Below, one piece after another: positions 35,999 through 46,771 of a stretch of DNA of 64,000 nucleotides (position 1 is the stretch's first letter; each line of letters starts with the position of its first letter). The notes below the pieces were generated by a model, which made no database searches, was not told the DNA's origin, and saw nothing but the letters and a program-made list of their open reading frames with translations. Source of the stretch: a virus (Duplodnaviria > Caudoviricetes); IMG/VR virus record IMGVR_UViG_3300032038_000010, positions 32,001-96,000 of that record; one strand, 5' to 3'. Position numbers and translations under genes: made by a program.

Positions 35999-36586
35999 TT
36001 AAGATTCTTTCTTTATAATCACGCGGCGGCCTTGCTTAGTAGCGTCTCCGACTCCAGCTTCACCCACCGTAACAGCGGCCGCACGTCTTTTAGGAGCTTC
36101 CGCCTTCTTCTCTTCGCCGTCAAATTTAGCATTATTAATCTTAATAGCAGAAGCCACATCAAATCCAATCTGATTATTAATAGCATCCATCTTGTTGGTA
36201 TCTGTCAAAGGAAGTGAAACTGCCATATCTTTAATCATATCAATTACACCCTGTGGGGCAAAATCAAGACAATCCTTGAACTGATCAAGACTACCTTCAG
36301 TCAAAAGATACTTAACTTCAGCTTCACCATAAAAATATTCTGGCATAGTTTCTTTTGTAATATCTGGAAGTAATGCTTTAATCGCTTCTTCATCCTTAAG
36401 AACAAGACAGTTACGCAATTCATACTCGCCGCCACGCTCAAAAGAAAGCTTTTCAAGTTCTTCAAATGTTACTTCCTTTGTTTCTCTCGGTTGGAATTGT
36501 CTCTTAACACCAAGATCAGCAATTTCATAGCCAACGCTTCCACTAGAACGATTAATTACCTTAATAAGTTTATTTTTATCAATCAT
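35999..36586 (-). CDS. Hypothetical protein downstream of the capsid gene, 195 aa
   Basis: ORF track; AAAGGAG RBS. Confidence 0.8.
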   Translation of the reverse strand: MIDKNKLIKVINRSSGSVGYEIADLGVKRQFQPRETKEVTFEELEKLSFERGGEYELRNCLVLKDEEAIKALLPDITKETMPEYFYGEAEVKYLLTEGSLDQFKDCLDFAPQGVIDMIKDMAVSLPLTDTNKMDAINNQIGFDVASAIKINNAKFDGEEKKAEAPKRRAAAVTVGEAGVGDATKQGRRVIIKKES

Positions 36587-36672
36587 TTGTAGTTATCTCC
36601 TTTTATCTCCAATATATAACAAAAATAAGGGGAAGATATTATATACCTTCCCCTATAAAATTATATCTTAAA

Positions 36673-37707
36673 TCACTTGTTCTCAACAGTGAGAGCAGAG
36701 TTCTGATATACGCAGATACCAGGATTAACAAGATATACTGCAACACCAAGCTTCTGATAAGTCTGGATTTCTCTAGACCAATCTTCCTGACTCTCAACTT
36801 CACGAACCTGTGCCTAACCTTCAAAAGCAACCTTAACAGGTTTCTCTGAACCCGTAGGGATAATATAAGCATAAGAAGGATCGATTACTTTCTTTGCATT
36901 TGTTTCATCTTCAAAGGACTGAGGAAGTACAACTACACCATGTCCCTTGTAAGTTGTAAAGTAACCATTGTCCCAAATCTGCTGCTTCATATTATCAGAA
37001 GCCCAAGTTGCATCAGGCTTCATCTGGGCTGCAAATTCAAAAGTACAATAAATAGTAGACTTGCCATAAGCATCTGCGGTCTGAAGAAGTCTATCCATCT
37101 CCTTCTCGTCGAAAGAAGTCTGAAGTGTCTTGTTTACAGTCTTAATGTCAGCAACCATAGATACAAGACCTTTGGCAATTTCACGATAAACTGCTTCATC
37201 AAGACCTTCAAGAACAATGTCATAAACATCGCTCATCTGGATACGTCCATCAAGGAACTCTTCAAAACCAATCTGGGCAGCTCCGCCGTATGCAGCTGTA
37301 GGAACTTCGAATGAATATCCATCAAGCTTGAATACTTCGTAACGGCCAGCAAGACCTACTCTTGTAACGAACTGCTTAGCTCTCTTGCGGGATGCTTCGC
37401 TAATCTTTACATTAAATACAGGCTTATCACCCTGTGCATAAGTCTTAACATCTGCAAACTGACCATATTCCTGAAGAACCTTCTGAGGAAGAACCTCATT
37501 GATACCAGTTTCAATCAGTTCGAAAACAAGATTTTTATTCTCACGATACTTAGAATAAGTACCTGCAAGTTCATTCATTTCCTTACGGAATGTTTCATTT
37601 AAGGCTTCGAAAGTAAGATTCTTTCCTTCAAAAGCGAAAGTGCTAGAAGGATTCATAGAAGCCTTTGCAGTAGCCTTAGCTAATGCAATAAGATTCGCTC
37701 TATCCAT
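36673..37707 (-). CDS. Major capsid protein, 344 aa (1 TAG, 47 codons before the stop)
   Basis: ORF 36814-37707 reads through TAG (KPVKVAFEG*AQVREV...YQKLGVAV) to TGA at 36673. Strong codon bias; position after protease and decoration genes; followed by a terminator-like hairpin. Confidence 0.85.
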
Positions 37708-37724
37708 TATTTCAATCCTCCTAA

Positions 37725-38240
37725 TTATACTCTCATTAGCTTAACGCCAGGCTGACCATCGGGCATTGTGTACACCTTAACAACCTGGAACTGCGGTCCA
37801 TCTGCCTGACCCTTTGCAAGATAACCTGTTGCAGGATCAACACCAACCATATCACCAACTTCAAGTGCAATACCATCAACTTTAGCAGAATCAGATGTAT
37901 TAGCACCAAATGTATTTGTAGTAAAAGTATCACCAGGCTCAGTTCTTAAGAGTCTTGGATAAATCTTTCCATCTGTAAAATCCTCAGCCTTAAGAGCAAA
38001 ATCCTTGTGATGTTGCTTACGCTCATCATAAAGTTTCTCTTCACTATAAACAAGCATCCAATCTCCCTTACCAGTGAGATCCATCTTGCCTGCTGCCATG
38101 TCATACTTTAAGAACATACCTTGCTCAACGATTTTGATGTTTTCATCAACAGGAAGCTGAGCATATACATGACCATTTTTCTGAGCTGAGAGATGATTAG
38201 GCTCTACCTGGCCGAATCCTGTACGACTAATCTGTGCCAT
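37725..38240 (-). CDS. Capsid decoration/structural protein, 171 aa
   Basis: ORF track; lies between scaffold and MCP; highly expressed codon usage. Confidence 0.6.
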   Translation of the reverse strand: MAQISRTGFGQVEPNHLSAQKNGHVYAQLPVDENIKIVEQGMFLKYDMAAGKMDLTGKGDWMLVYSEEKLYDERKQHHKDFALKAEDFTDGKIYPRLLRTEPGDTFTTNTFGANTSDSAKVDGIALEVGDMVGVDPATGYLAKGQADGPQFQVVKVYTMPDGQPGVKLMRV

Positions 38241-38258
38241 AATTTATTCTCTCCTTAA

Positions 38259-39689
38259 TTAAATATTGTTCTGAATCTCTTCAACTGCTTTAATCCAGTC
38301 TGGAGTTGAATCAGAATCTGCATTTTCTAAATTAAAAGTTACAGAAGGATTTTCTTCTGTCTTATGATTATCATTTTCAGAAGTAGATGTTGAATCAAAA
38401 TTGACCTTTTTTCTATAGCAAATTACTGCTAATTTAGATTCAATTTCATCAAGAGAATACTTTCTCTTATTTTCAATTACATCTTTCTTATCTTCATCAG
38501 AAAGCATATAGAATTTAGCAATAAGTTCATCTTTCTTCTGATCATCAACAGAGTTCTTAAACTCTACAAGAGTTTCGTTCTCTGCTTTAAGAGCAGCAAA
38601 CTTATTAGTTAATTCTGATACTTGAGCTGCAAGTTTAGCATATTCTTCATCTGTATGTAAAGAGTTTTTAGATGCAGGCTTCTTCTCATCTTCCTTCTCT
38701 TCTTCAGAATTAGAATCGCTGTTATCATCATCAGAATTATCATCTGTGTTATCATCCTTCTTGTCATCTTCCTTATTAGCAAACTCTTCATTTGCCTCAG
38801 AAGCAACAGTAGATTCTACAGATGCTCCTTCTGTATCTTCTTGATTTTCTGTCATATTCGTTTGAACATTACTGTCCTGTGTTGCAGAAAAATTTTCATT
38901 ATCTGTAGTCTGTGCGGCCGCCCCTTCAGTAGGAGCACCAGTAGTAACATCTACAGTTGTATTAGTTTCAGTATTCACTGTATTTCCTCCTTGTAACGCA
39001 AACTCTAATTGTTTAACCATTGAATATAGAGTTTTCGTAAAATTATCATTTATGGAAAAAGTATTACTTACTTCTGGTGCAGTTACGCTTGATCCCTCGA
39101 AGCAAGGCTCTACATCATCACCTAAAATACATAACTTTGAAACTATTGCGTCATTTATAATAAAAAATTCCATACCAGATTTACTATCTTCTGCCCAATA
39201 TCCATCTAAAGAACTATTATCAAGTTCCATGGACTGCGGTTTCCCATCATCATCAAAAACCTTTTGAGCTTCAGGATACTGGCCTGTCCATAAATAACCA
39301 GTAGTCATCAAATAAGTTCTAGTGACTTGATTTCCAAAATCATCAGTCTCATTAAAATCTTTGAACCAAACTTCCGCATCAGTAGGCACAAATCCATATG
39401 GCTTAGTATCAGAACCAAGATGTAAACCTTCATCATCTAATGTTACTCTGTCGCCATGTCCCATGAAATCCTCTTTATTATCATTGTAATATCCAACAAT
39501 AGGATTTCCACGAAGTGTTAATGCCATCTTTTCTGCGGCGTCCTTATTAATAAAACTGCCGTTACGATTTTTTCCTAAATAGAAAACTTTAATCTCACAT
39601 TTAGAAATAAATGGAGAAACATCCAAAGGAGTTAAGTTTACAAATTGGACATTATCCATCGTAGCGACAGATGCGTGTGGTAAACTCAT
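38259..39689 (-). CDS. Prohead protease/scaffold fusion, 476 aa
   Basis: N-terminal HK97-type protease motifs (DFMGHG, QSMEL, LCILGDDVEPCFEG) and an acidic/coiled-coil C-terminal half. Confidence 0.75.
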   Translation of the reverse strand: MSLPHASVATMDNVQFVNLTPLDVSPFISKCEIKVFYLGKNRNGSFINKDAAEKMALTLRGNPIVGYYNDNKEDFMGHGDRVTLDDEGLHLGSDTKPYGFVPTDAEVWFKDFNETDDFGNQVTRTYLMTTGYLWTGQYPEAQKVFDDDGKPQSMELDNSSLDGYWAEDSKSGMEFFIINDAIVSKLCILGDDVEPCFEGSSVTAPEVSNTFSINDNFTKTLYSMVKQLEFALQGGNTVNTETNTTVDVTTGAPTEGAAAQTTDNENFSATQDSNVQTNMTENQEDTEGASVESTVASEANEEFANKEDDKKDDNTDDNSDDDNSDSNSEEEKEDEKKPASKNSLHTDEEYAKLAAQVSELTNKFAALKAENETLVEFKNSVDDQKKDELIAKFYMLSDEDKKDVIENKRKYSLDEIESKLAVICYRKKVNFDSTSTSENDNHKTEENPSVTFNLENADSDSTPDWIKAVEEIQNNI

Positions 39690-39700
39690 CTGAATCTCCT

Positions 39701-41323
39701 TTACATTGACTAGCGGTTGGCTAGGGTTTTGTCTGACTTCTCGTTATCCTCTTTCTCTGGGCGACCTACATTACCATCAGACCCAGATTGGTTAGACGAT
39801 GAACCGCCGCCCGCAATCTTTGAAATAGTATCACCATTCATAACATTACTTGTAAGAGGTGGAATAAATACTGTAACTAAATTCAATATATTATTTTCCC
39901 AATAAGCATTAGCTAATATAGAACTTTGGCTTTGTCCAAGAGCAATCTGAGGAAGCATTTTAGAATAACCCATCTGTGCCTGCTCTTTATATAACTTGGC
40001 CATCTCTTTATAGTTATAAATAGTGGTTTTTAATATCTGCGCTTTGAAATAATATTTCTTTGGTGATTTATTATAAGGCTCAATAATTAAGTTAAGAAAA
40101 TCTTCAAACTGTAAAAGCAAATTATAAACAGAAGCTTCATCATTTAAAATTGAATTTTGTAATGCAGTATTACCATCGCTATTAAATTGCAGCTGCGATA
40201 CACCTGCTTCATTATATACGCTTCTTTCTACTCTTGTTAAATCATCAGTTTGAGTAGTATTGCTTTTGTCTGACATATCAGCTACATCTACATCAGCAAA
40301 AGTAGTTAATACATCAAGACCAATAGCTCGACTAAGCATTTTAACTGCATTATTATGCAGCTCTTGTGCTTCGTCTACATCAAAAATCAAGTCACCATTT
40401 TTATCCAATGGCATCTTTTGAATAATGATTTTTAATAACTTTTGAGCCATGCGCTTTCTATCCAAATCCTGCGCTTCATCCAAATCAATAATAGCAGGAA
40501 TGACAGATATAAAAGGCGGAAAGTTTTCACCATTTAAACTGAATTTAATAGTTTTAGTTGGATCAAGTAAATACCAACCAGAAGTATCTCCTTTAAATTC
40601 AGCAACTAATTTACCTTGTTTGTACGCCTTATATCCCTTATTGAAATCTTCAGGGAATAATTTTAATATTCTTGTCCTTAAAGTCGCATCTGAATATTGG
40701 TCATCAAAGAACTTCATATTAAACTCTACAGCAGGGCGTCCAGCAACATTATAGCGACTTCTACAATATCCAATAGGTAATTCTTGAACAGATAATTTAT
40801 CATTATCAAGGATATATCCATAATAACATCCATTACGAATTACTTTAAGCGCGACTTCCCCAAAAAATTTCTTAGGCCCAAAATCATCTGTATATTTAAG
40901 GCAAGAGAAAAGGCTGTTAACAATCTTATCTCTCTGCGCTTTTGGCAGCTCTTTGCTATCTTGTAAAATACCAAGTCCGCCATTAATATACGGAGTAATT
41001 AACCAATCATAATTATAAAGATAAGCCATATATCTACAAAGTCTTGAATAAATACCGCTCGTTTTATAAAAGAAATTAGATATTTCTCTCATAGCTTTAA
41101 GATCACCATGGCTTATTGCTTTTAGAACGTATGTTTTATCTCCATATTTTGGATTGACACGCTTTAATTCACCTACATTTACTGTAGCATCGTCTAATGT
41201 TTTAATTCCCACTCTAATTTTAGAAAAATCAGTTGGGACACCAGCGTAATTAGTTGGTATATTATTATCTGCAAGGCGCATATTAAAACCTTTTTTCTTA
41301 ATCTCTTCAATACGATTAATCAA
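39701..41323 (-). CDS. Portal protein, 540 aa (1 TAG, three codons before TAA)
   Basis: Size and position before the protease gene; C-terminal GRPEKEDNEKSDKTLANR*SM. Confidence 0.8.
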
Positions 41324-41354
41324 AATAACACCTCACATATCTATTATATAATAT

Positions 41355-41383
41355 AGTATAACATAAATTTTGTTGAAGGTCAA
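41355..41383 (-). promoter_or_regulatory. sigmaA-type promoter upstream of the portal gene
   Basis: TTGACC-17 nt-TATACT with an extended TG. Confidence 0.6.
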
Positions 41384-41404
41384 CTAGAAGTAATTACAAG
41401 AGCA

Positions 41405-41761
41405 TTAATAACCTGCTCTTTTTAATATATAACTTAAATCTATTCTTCCCTCATCAGTATACGGAATTGCAATTAGAGTATATCCATGAGCTTTACAGTA
41501 TTCGCGTTTTTTCATATCATTATATTGCTGTTTACGTAATCCATCCCAACCACCAAATTTTGACTTTGGCTCATAATGTTGTATACCTTGATATTCAATT
41601 AAAAAATCAATGTCTCCGTCATCATCAAACACACAAAAATCAAAACGTAGCGGATGCCCAGTAGCAGATACTAAGTCAGGGAAGATATACTCTTCTTGAA
41701 AATCCAATCCCGCATCTTGTAGAATTTCAAAAATTTTAATTTCTCCTCGACTAGCTTTCAT
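41405..41761 (-). CDS. Stand-alone Vsr/DUF559-like nuclease, 118 aa
   Basis: SRGEIKI...LRFDFC...LIEYQGIQHY...ND..KREYC...LIAIPY. Confidence 0.75.
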   Translation of the reverse strand: MKASRGEIKIFEILQDAGLDFQEEYIFPDLVSATGHPLRFDFCVFDDDGDIDFLIEYQGIQHYEPKSKFGGWDGLRKQQYNDMKKREYCKAHGYTLIAIPYTDEGRIDLSYILKRAGY

Positions 41762-41886
41762 TGTAATTCCTCCTTACTGATAATATATCAAAATAATATT
41801 GTTTTCATTATCCTCTTTTGTCCCTTGAATTTTTTAAAAAAATATAATATAATTTATATAGGAAAATAAGAAAGAGGTGCTTAGAA

Positions 41887-42672
41887 ATGAAACGCTATGT
41901 ATTTTCAGATATACATGGTTCAAAAGACTTATGGAACCAAATAAAATCTTATGTAAATAAGGACGATTGGCTTTATTGTCTTGGAGATGTGATTGATCGC
42001 GGTCCCGCTGGAGTTGAAATTTTTCTAGATCTATACAAGAGACCAAATACAATCATACTGCGCGGTAACCACGAAGATATGGCGGCCGCAGCTGTCCCGC
42101 CACTTTTAGCTGGCACTGCGCAGATGGATGGTAAGTGGCTTAATGAACATACTAAGCATGGCGAAATAGAAAATACTTATGTATTAGATTGGTATAATAA
42201 TGGCGGTATTCTGACTTGGAGAGCTTTACAAAAATATTCAAAAGAAGAAATCCAAAAAATAAGAGATATATGGGCAACACTCCCAACTAGTTTTATAGTT
42301 TATGATGACCAGAATCATTGGTATTACTATCTAGATCATTGTGGCTTCACACCGAGCTCCCGCGCATATAGATTACCATATTGGGATCGTTTACACTTTG
42401 ATGATGAATGGGATGATTGGGCAGATGGAAAAAATGTAAGAATAATTCATGGTCACACTCCAGTGCAATCTTTTGAGTCTACCTTTTGCCCCAACGGATT
42501 TGTAAGATATACAACACTTCATCCAGAAGATGAGCGAATGATAAATTATATTCCGCAAATAGCTGTCTACTGCGGAGGTCATAAAGTTGATATTGATTTA
42601 GCTGCTATTGATAGCGGTCGCACAATGCTCTTAGATTTAGATAAATTTGAACCTATATATTTTACGACTTGA
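41887..42672 (+). CDS. Calcineurin-like metallophosphoesterase (Ser/Thr phosphatase/NinI-like)
   Basis: SDIHG, GDVIDRG, RGNHE and HGHTP motifs. Confidence 0.9.
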   Translation: MKRYVFSDIHGSKDLWNQIKSYVNKDDWLYCLGDVIDRGPAGVEIFLDLYKRPNTIILRGNHEDMAAAAVPPLLAGTAQMDGKWLNEHTKHGEIENTYVLDWYNNGGILTWRALQKYSKEEIQKIRDIWATLPTSFIVYDDQNHWYYYLDHCGFTPSSRAYRLPYWDRLHFDDEWDDWADGKNVRIIHGHTPVQSFESTFCPNGFVRYTTLHPEDERMINYIPQIAVYCGGHKVDIDLAAIDSGRTMLLDLDKFEPIYFTT

Positions 42673-42697
42673 CAAAGTAAAATTTTTTAGATATAAT
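42669..42697 (+). promoter_or_regulatory. sigmaA-type promoter
   Basis: TTGACA-17 nt-TATAAT. Confidence 0.8.
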
Positions 42698-42743
42698 ATA
42701 TATGAAAAGAAAAACAAAAAGCCACAAATATTTAATAGAACGT

Positions 42744-42772
42744 GTGAGAGAGACGCTTCGCGTCTCTCTCAC
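42744..42772 (+). terminator. Rho-independent terminator
   Basis: Perfect 13-bp stem GTGAGAGAGACGC-ttc-GCGTCTCTCTCAC with a T-rich tail. Confidence 0.8.
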
Positions 42773-42829
42773 TTTACTTTTTTATTATTTTTTGATATAA
42801 TATTTTTATAAAGAAAGAGGTGATATGTT

Positions 42830-43123
42830 ATGAATAATTTTACTATTAGCAAATTTTATTGTACGAAATGTGGACATGAGGGTATTTCAATTCCAAGAAA
42901 AAATCAAAAGGTTAGAGAACCTGGACATTTAAAGAAACTTTTTTGTATTTATTGTAATAAAGAAGTAAATCATGCGGAGTGCCGCGGATTTGGTAAATAC
43001 AATTATGAAGATTTCTTAATTGAATTTAAAGGTGGAAATTTTGATGAAGAAGGCAATAGGAAAATGCCTTGGAAACAATTCGTAGCGAACTATTATAAAC
43101 AAGAAGGTGATTTAAATGGGTAA
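42830..43123 (+). CDS. Small zinc-ribbon protein (CxxC...CxxC), 97 aa
   Basis: FYCTKCG...GHLKKLFCIYC. Confidence 0.75.
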   Translation: MNNFTISKFYCTKCGHEGISIPRKNQKVREPGHLKKLFCIYCNKEVNHAECRGFGKYNYEDFLIEFKGGNFDEEGNRKMPWKQFVANYYKQEGDLNG

Positions 43124-43601
43124 ACTTATTCTTATGTGCGGCGTACCTGGTTCTGGGAAGACTACTTTCTGTAAAAATCATCTAACTGAAAATGATGTTC
43201 ATATTTCTCGTGATGAAGTAAGATTTTCTTTGCTTAAAGATGGTGAAGATTATTTTGCACATGAAGATACAGTTTATAAAGAATTTTGGAGACGAATTAA
43301 TGAAGCTCTTGCTTCAGGTAAGAACGTTTTCGCAGATCAAACTAATCTTTCTCCAAAAGCAAGAAAATATTTACTTAATAATGTAAATGGATATGATGAA
43401 GTAGATTGTCTTTGGTTTAATTGTTCCGTTCAATTTTGCTTAAATAATAATGAAAAAAGAAAAGGTATTGGTCGAACATATGTTCCTCGTGGCGTAATTC
43501 GACGAATGGCAGCACAATTTATTCCGCCTACTCATGAAGAAGGATTTACTCATGTTTGGATGTATTATCCAGAAAAACATTTAATAGGAGGTGAAAACTA
43601 A
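43116..43601 (+). CDS. P-loop kinase (polynucleotide kinase/AAA_33-like)
   Basis: CGVPGSGKTT Walker A; ISRD and DQTN motifs. Confidence 0.85.
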   Translation: MGKLILMCGVPGSGKTTFCKNHLTENDVHISRDEVRFSLLKDGEDYFAHEDTVYKEFWRRINEALASGKNVFADQTNLSPKARKYLLNNVNGYDEVDCLWFNCSVQFCLNNNEKRKGIGRTYVPRGVIRRMAAQFIPPTHEEGFTHVWMYYPEKHLIGGEN

Positions 43602-44152
43602 TGGGAAAGATATGGTTGACATCAGACTTGCATTTTTCACATAATCAAGATTTTCTTTGGCAGCCACGCGGTTTTGAAAATATTTATGAACATAATGAAA
43701 CTATTATTAAAAATTTTAATGAAGTAGTTGGTTGGGATGATGACCTTTATATTCTGGGAGATTGTTTTCTTAATAATAATGAAGAAGGAATGAAGTGTAT
43801 GCGGCAGCTGCCTGGTAGACTTCATATTATCTGGGGTAATCATGATACATTAACTAGACAAACATTACTTTCAAATGAGCCTCGTGTAATTATACATGGA
43901 TATGCTGATATAATTAAATATAATAATTATCATTTTTATCTTAGCCATTATCCAACAATAACAACCAATTTTGATGATGATAAAAAATTTAAAGCAAGAT
44001 TATTTTCATTATCAGGACATACACATAGTAAAGCTATATGGCAACCCGCATGTGAATCTAGTTATAATGTAGCTCTTGACGCTCATAATAACTATCCTGT
44101 TGATATAGAAACTATAATTAATGATTTGAAGGAGAAACATAATAATGGATAA
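43601..44152 (+). CDS. Calcineurin-like phosphoesterase
   Basis: SDLHFSH, LGD, GNHD, SHYP and GHTH motifs. Confidence 0.9.
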   Translation: MGKIWLTSDLHFSHNQDFLWQPRGFENIYEHNETIIKNFNEVVGWDDDLYILGDCFLNNNEEGMKCMRQLPGRLHIIWGNHDTLTRQTLLSNEPRVIIHGYADIIKYNNYHFYLSHYPTITTNFDDDKKFKARLFSLSGHTHSKAIWQPACESSYNVALDAHNNYPVDIETIINDLKEKHNNG

Positions 44153-44405
44153 AACAAATATCCCTGTAGTAATATTTGCTATTATAGGCATAATTGCACT
44201 ATTTATTTTTCTTCCATTTCTTTGCTTTGCTGGAGGATGGATTACTGGATGGCTTATTAAATTAATTTTCGGCAATACTTTTTGTAATGGTCTTGCTCTG
44301 ATTGGAATTCATATTGCTCCTTCTCAGATTCCTCTTTTATGCGGTATTATTGGAGTAATTGGAAGCTTTTTCAAAAATACTATTAATACAAATAAAAAGG
44401 ATTAA
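44145..44405 (+). CDS. Small membrane protein, 86 aa
   Basis: Mostly hydrophobic ORF with RBS. Confidence 0.7.
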   Translation: MDKTNIPVVIFAIIGIIALFIFLPFLCFAGGWITGWLIKLIFGNTFCNGLALIGIHIAPSQIPLLCGIIGVIGSFFKNTINTNKKD

Positions 44406-44407
44406 TT

Positions 44408-44842
44408 ATGAAATCAGGCATTAAATTAGTATATTCTGATTATAATGAAGAAACAGGCATTTCAATAGTCAGAATACAGACTCCATATGGAGTATTTAAA
44501 GGTAAAGCAAGGCTCAATCCGAAAGATGCTAATATTGCTTCTCATTATGAAGGATGTAAATATGCAGAAATGCGGGCTTATATTAAATATTTTAAATTTA
44601 TGATTAAAATAAAGCGAACTGCTTATGACGAATTACAGAAACTTTATAATCAATTAAAATACAGTACACCCGCAGTCGCCCAAAATGATATTGTTCTTAA
44701 TCTAATTAATGATTATATGACCGATTTAAATAATACTATCCAATCTTATAAAAAAGCTATTACAAAATATACAAACAATATTACAAAATCTATTAACGAA
44801 CGAGAAACAATTCTCAACCGTATTAAAAAAGGTCAAAAATAA
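44408..44842 (+). CDS. Hypothetical protein, 144 aa
   Basis: ORF track. Confidence 0.75.
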   Translation: MKSGIKLVYSDYNEETGISIVRIQTPYGVFKGKARLNPKDANIASHYEGCKYAEMRAYIKYFKFMIKIKRTAYDELQKLYNQLKYSTPAVAQNDIVLNLINDYMTDLNNTIQSYKKAITKYTNNITKSINERETILNRIKKGQK

Positions 44843-44984
44843 GTAATCATTTGCATTTAAAAATTATTACATATAGAGTAATAGGCTTAGGTAAGATATT
44901 TACTATAGTATTTTACCTAAAATTTTATATATGGATTTCTCCTCTTCCATATATTGATACTAGAAAAGGAGCATGATAATATAG

Positions 44985-46220
44985 ATGCAACACTATTTTT
45001 ATGATACTTGTGCATTATTAAATCATAGCAAAATGATTTTTGAACAATCAAAAGAAAAATTTTATATTAGTAATTTAACATTAAAAGAACTTGAAAATAT
45101 TAAAACTTCTTTTAATAAAGATGCTGAAATAAAATATAAAGCAAGAAGAGTGGCACAAGAATTAATTACTTATGAAGATAAATATGAAGTAATTAATTAT
45201 AAGCAAAGCTATGATGAACAATTAAAACAATACGATGTATTATCTGATAATATGGACAGTAGAATTATTTTAACTGCATTGGCAACAAAGGATTGTATCT
45301 TTGTAACTGATGATCTCTATTGTTCTCAAATTGCAAAATCCTTAAATATTCCTGTTAAATTTCTTTTTACAGAAAATGACAATTATAAAGGGTATACAAT
45401 TATTACTCCAAAGGATGAAGATGAAATGGCGTATACTTATAAGACCATTTTTGATAATCCATCTGAATTTAATTTAAAAAATCATGAATACCTTTTAATT
45501 AGAACAGATGAAGGTATCGTTGATAAATATATTTTAATTGACAATGAATTAGAAAGATTAACAGATTTTATTTCATTTGATAGCACCCAGTTTGGTAAGG
45601 TTAAAGCAAGAGACGCTTATCAAGCTATTGCTATGGATAGTTTAAGAAGAAATAAAATTACTGCATTGCGGGGACCCGCAGGGAGTGGTAAATCATATCT
45701 AGCTATGTCCTATCTTTTTAGTCAACTAGAACATGGAAAAATTGATAGAATTGTTATTTTTTGTAACACAGTCGCAACTAATGGCTCTGCAAAATTAGGA
45801 TATTACCCAGGAACAAAAGATGAAAAGCTGTTAGATTCACAGATTGGAAATTTTTTAACTAGTAAAGTGGGAGACCGCATCCAAGTTGAGAAATATATGG
45901 GTGAAGGACAAATTATTCTACTTCCAATGTCTGATATTCGTGGTTTTGATACTACTGGTATGAACGCTGGTATTTATATTACAGAAGCACAAAATATGGA
46001 TATTGAATTAATGAAGCTTGCTTTACAAAGAATTGGAGAAGATTCAATTTGTATTCTTGATGGTGATGATACTGCTCAGGTTGATTTAGGTATATATGCT
46101 GGATCAAATAATGGCTTGAGAAGAGTATCTCAAGTATTTAGAGGAGAAAATATATATGGAGAAGTAACACTTCCAAATATATATAGAAGCAAAATTGCAA
46201 AGATTGCACAGAAAATGTAA
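44985..46220 (+). CDS. phoH: PIN-PhoH fusion protein
   Basis: N-terminal PIN motifs (YDTCALL, ELE, DSRI, VTDD); GPAGSGKS Walker A; LGYYPG, IRG, TEAQN and GDDTAQVD. Confidence 0.88.
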   Translation: MQHYFYDTCALLNHSKMIFEQSKEKFYISNLTLKELENIKTSFNKDAEIKYKARRVAQELITYEDKYEVINYKQSYDEQLKQYDVLSDNMDSRIILTALATKDCIFVTDDLYCSQIAKSLNIPVKFLFTENDNYKGYTIITPKDEDEMAYTYKTIFDNPSEFNLKNHEYLLIRTDEGIVDKYILIDNELERLTDFISFDSTQFGKVKARDAYQAIAMDSLRRNKITALRGPAGSGKSYLAMSYLFSQLEHGKIDRIVIFCNTVATNGSAKLGYYPGTKDEKLLDSQIGNFLTSKVGDRIQVEKYMGEGQIILLPMSDIRGFDTTGMNAGIYITEAQNMDIELMKLALQRIGEDSICILDGDDTAQVDLGIYAGSNNGLRRVSQVFRGENIYGEVTLPNIYRSKIAKIAQKM

Positions 46221-46227
46221 TCTTAAT

Positions 46228-46259
46228 ATTAGCTCTAGGTGTAAAAGCCTAGAGCTAAT
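46228..46259 (+). terminator. Rho-independent terminator
   Basis: ATTAGCTCTAGG...CCTAGAGCTAAT followed by Ts. Confidence 0.7.
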
Positions 46260-46284
46260 TTTTATACAAAAGGAGAACTAGTAT

Positions 46285-46719
46285 ATGTTATTATTCAGAA
46301 AGAAACAATATTACCAAAAACGTGCAAATAAAATGCGTAATACTCTTGAAAAATGGGATATTGAAAAAGAAACTCTTAAACAACAGGAAGAAATAAATCA
46401 TGAATACCAAGAAATTAAACAGATAAATGCAAAAAAGAAAATGGCTACATCTAAAGTTATTTTATTCTTATTTATAGGAATGTGTTTATTTGGTATGTTT
46501 TTAACGGGATGGGCTACAATTCAATCTGTAACTATAGCGGCCGCCCTTGGTGTTATGCCAGACTTCGCCCCTATTGTTGCATTTATTGGATCCGTAGTAG
46601 CTCCAATTATTCCAATCTTTAGATATTATCAAAAATCAGAAAATGAAAATACTAAAGGTGGAATTGTTTATGATTCAGTCATTTCTAATAATGAAGATGA
46701 CAGTAATGGAGTCGGTTAA
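46285..46719 (+). CDS. Holin-like two-TM protein, 144 aa
   Basis: Two TM segments and a YY.KS..EN.KGGI.YD tail; directly before the endolysin. Confidence 0.6.
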   Translation: MLLFRKKQYYQKRANKMRNTLEKWDIEKETLKQQEEINHEYQEIKQINAKKKMATSKVILFLFIGMCLFGMFLTGWATIQSVTIAAALGVMPDFAPIVAFIGSVVAPIIPIFRYYQKSENENTKGGIVYDSVISNNEDDSNGVG

Positions 46720-46771
46720 GAAATGGAATCTCACCTAATATGATTTTCAAAAGGAGGAGAAAAATAAAACA

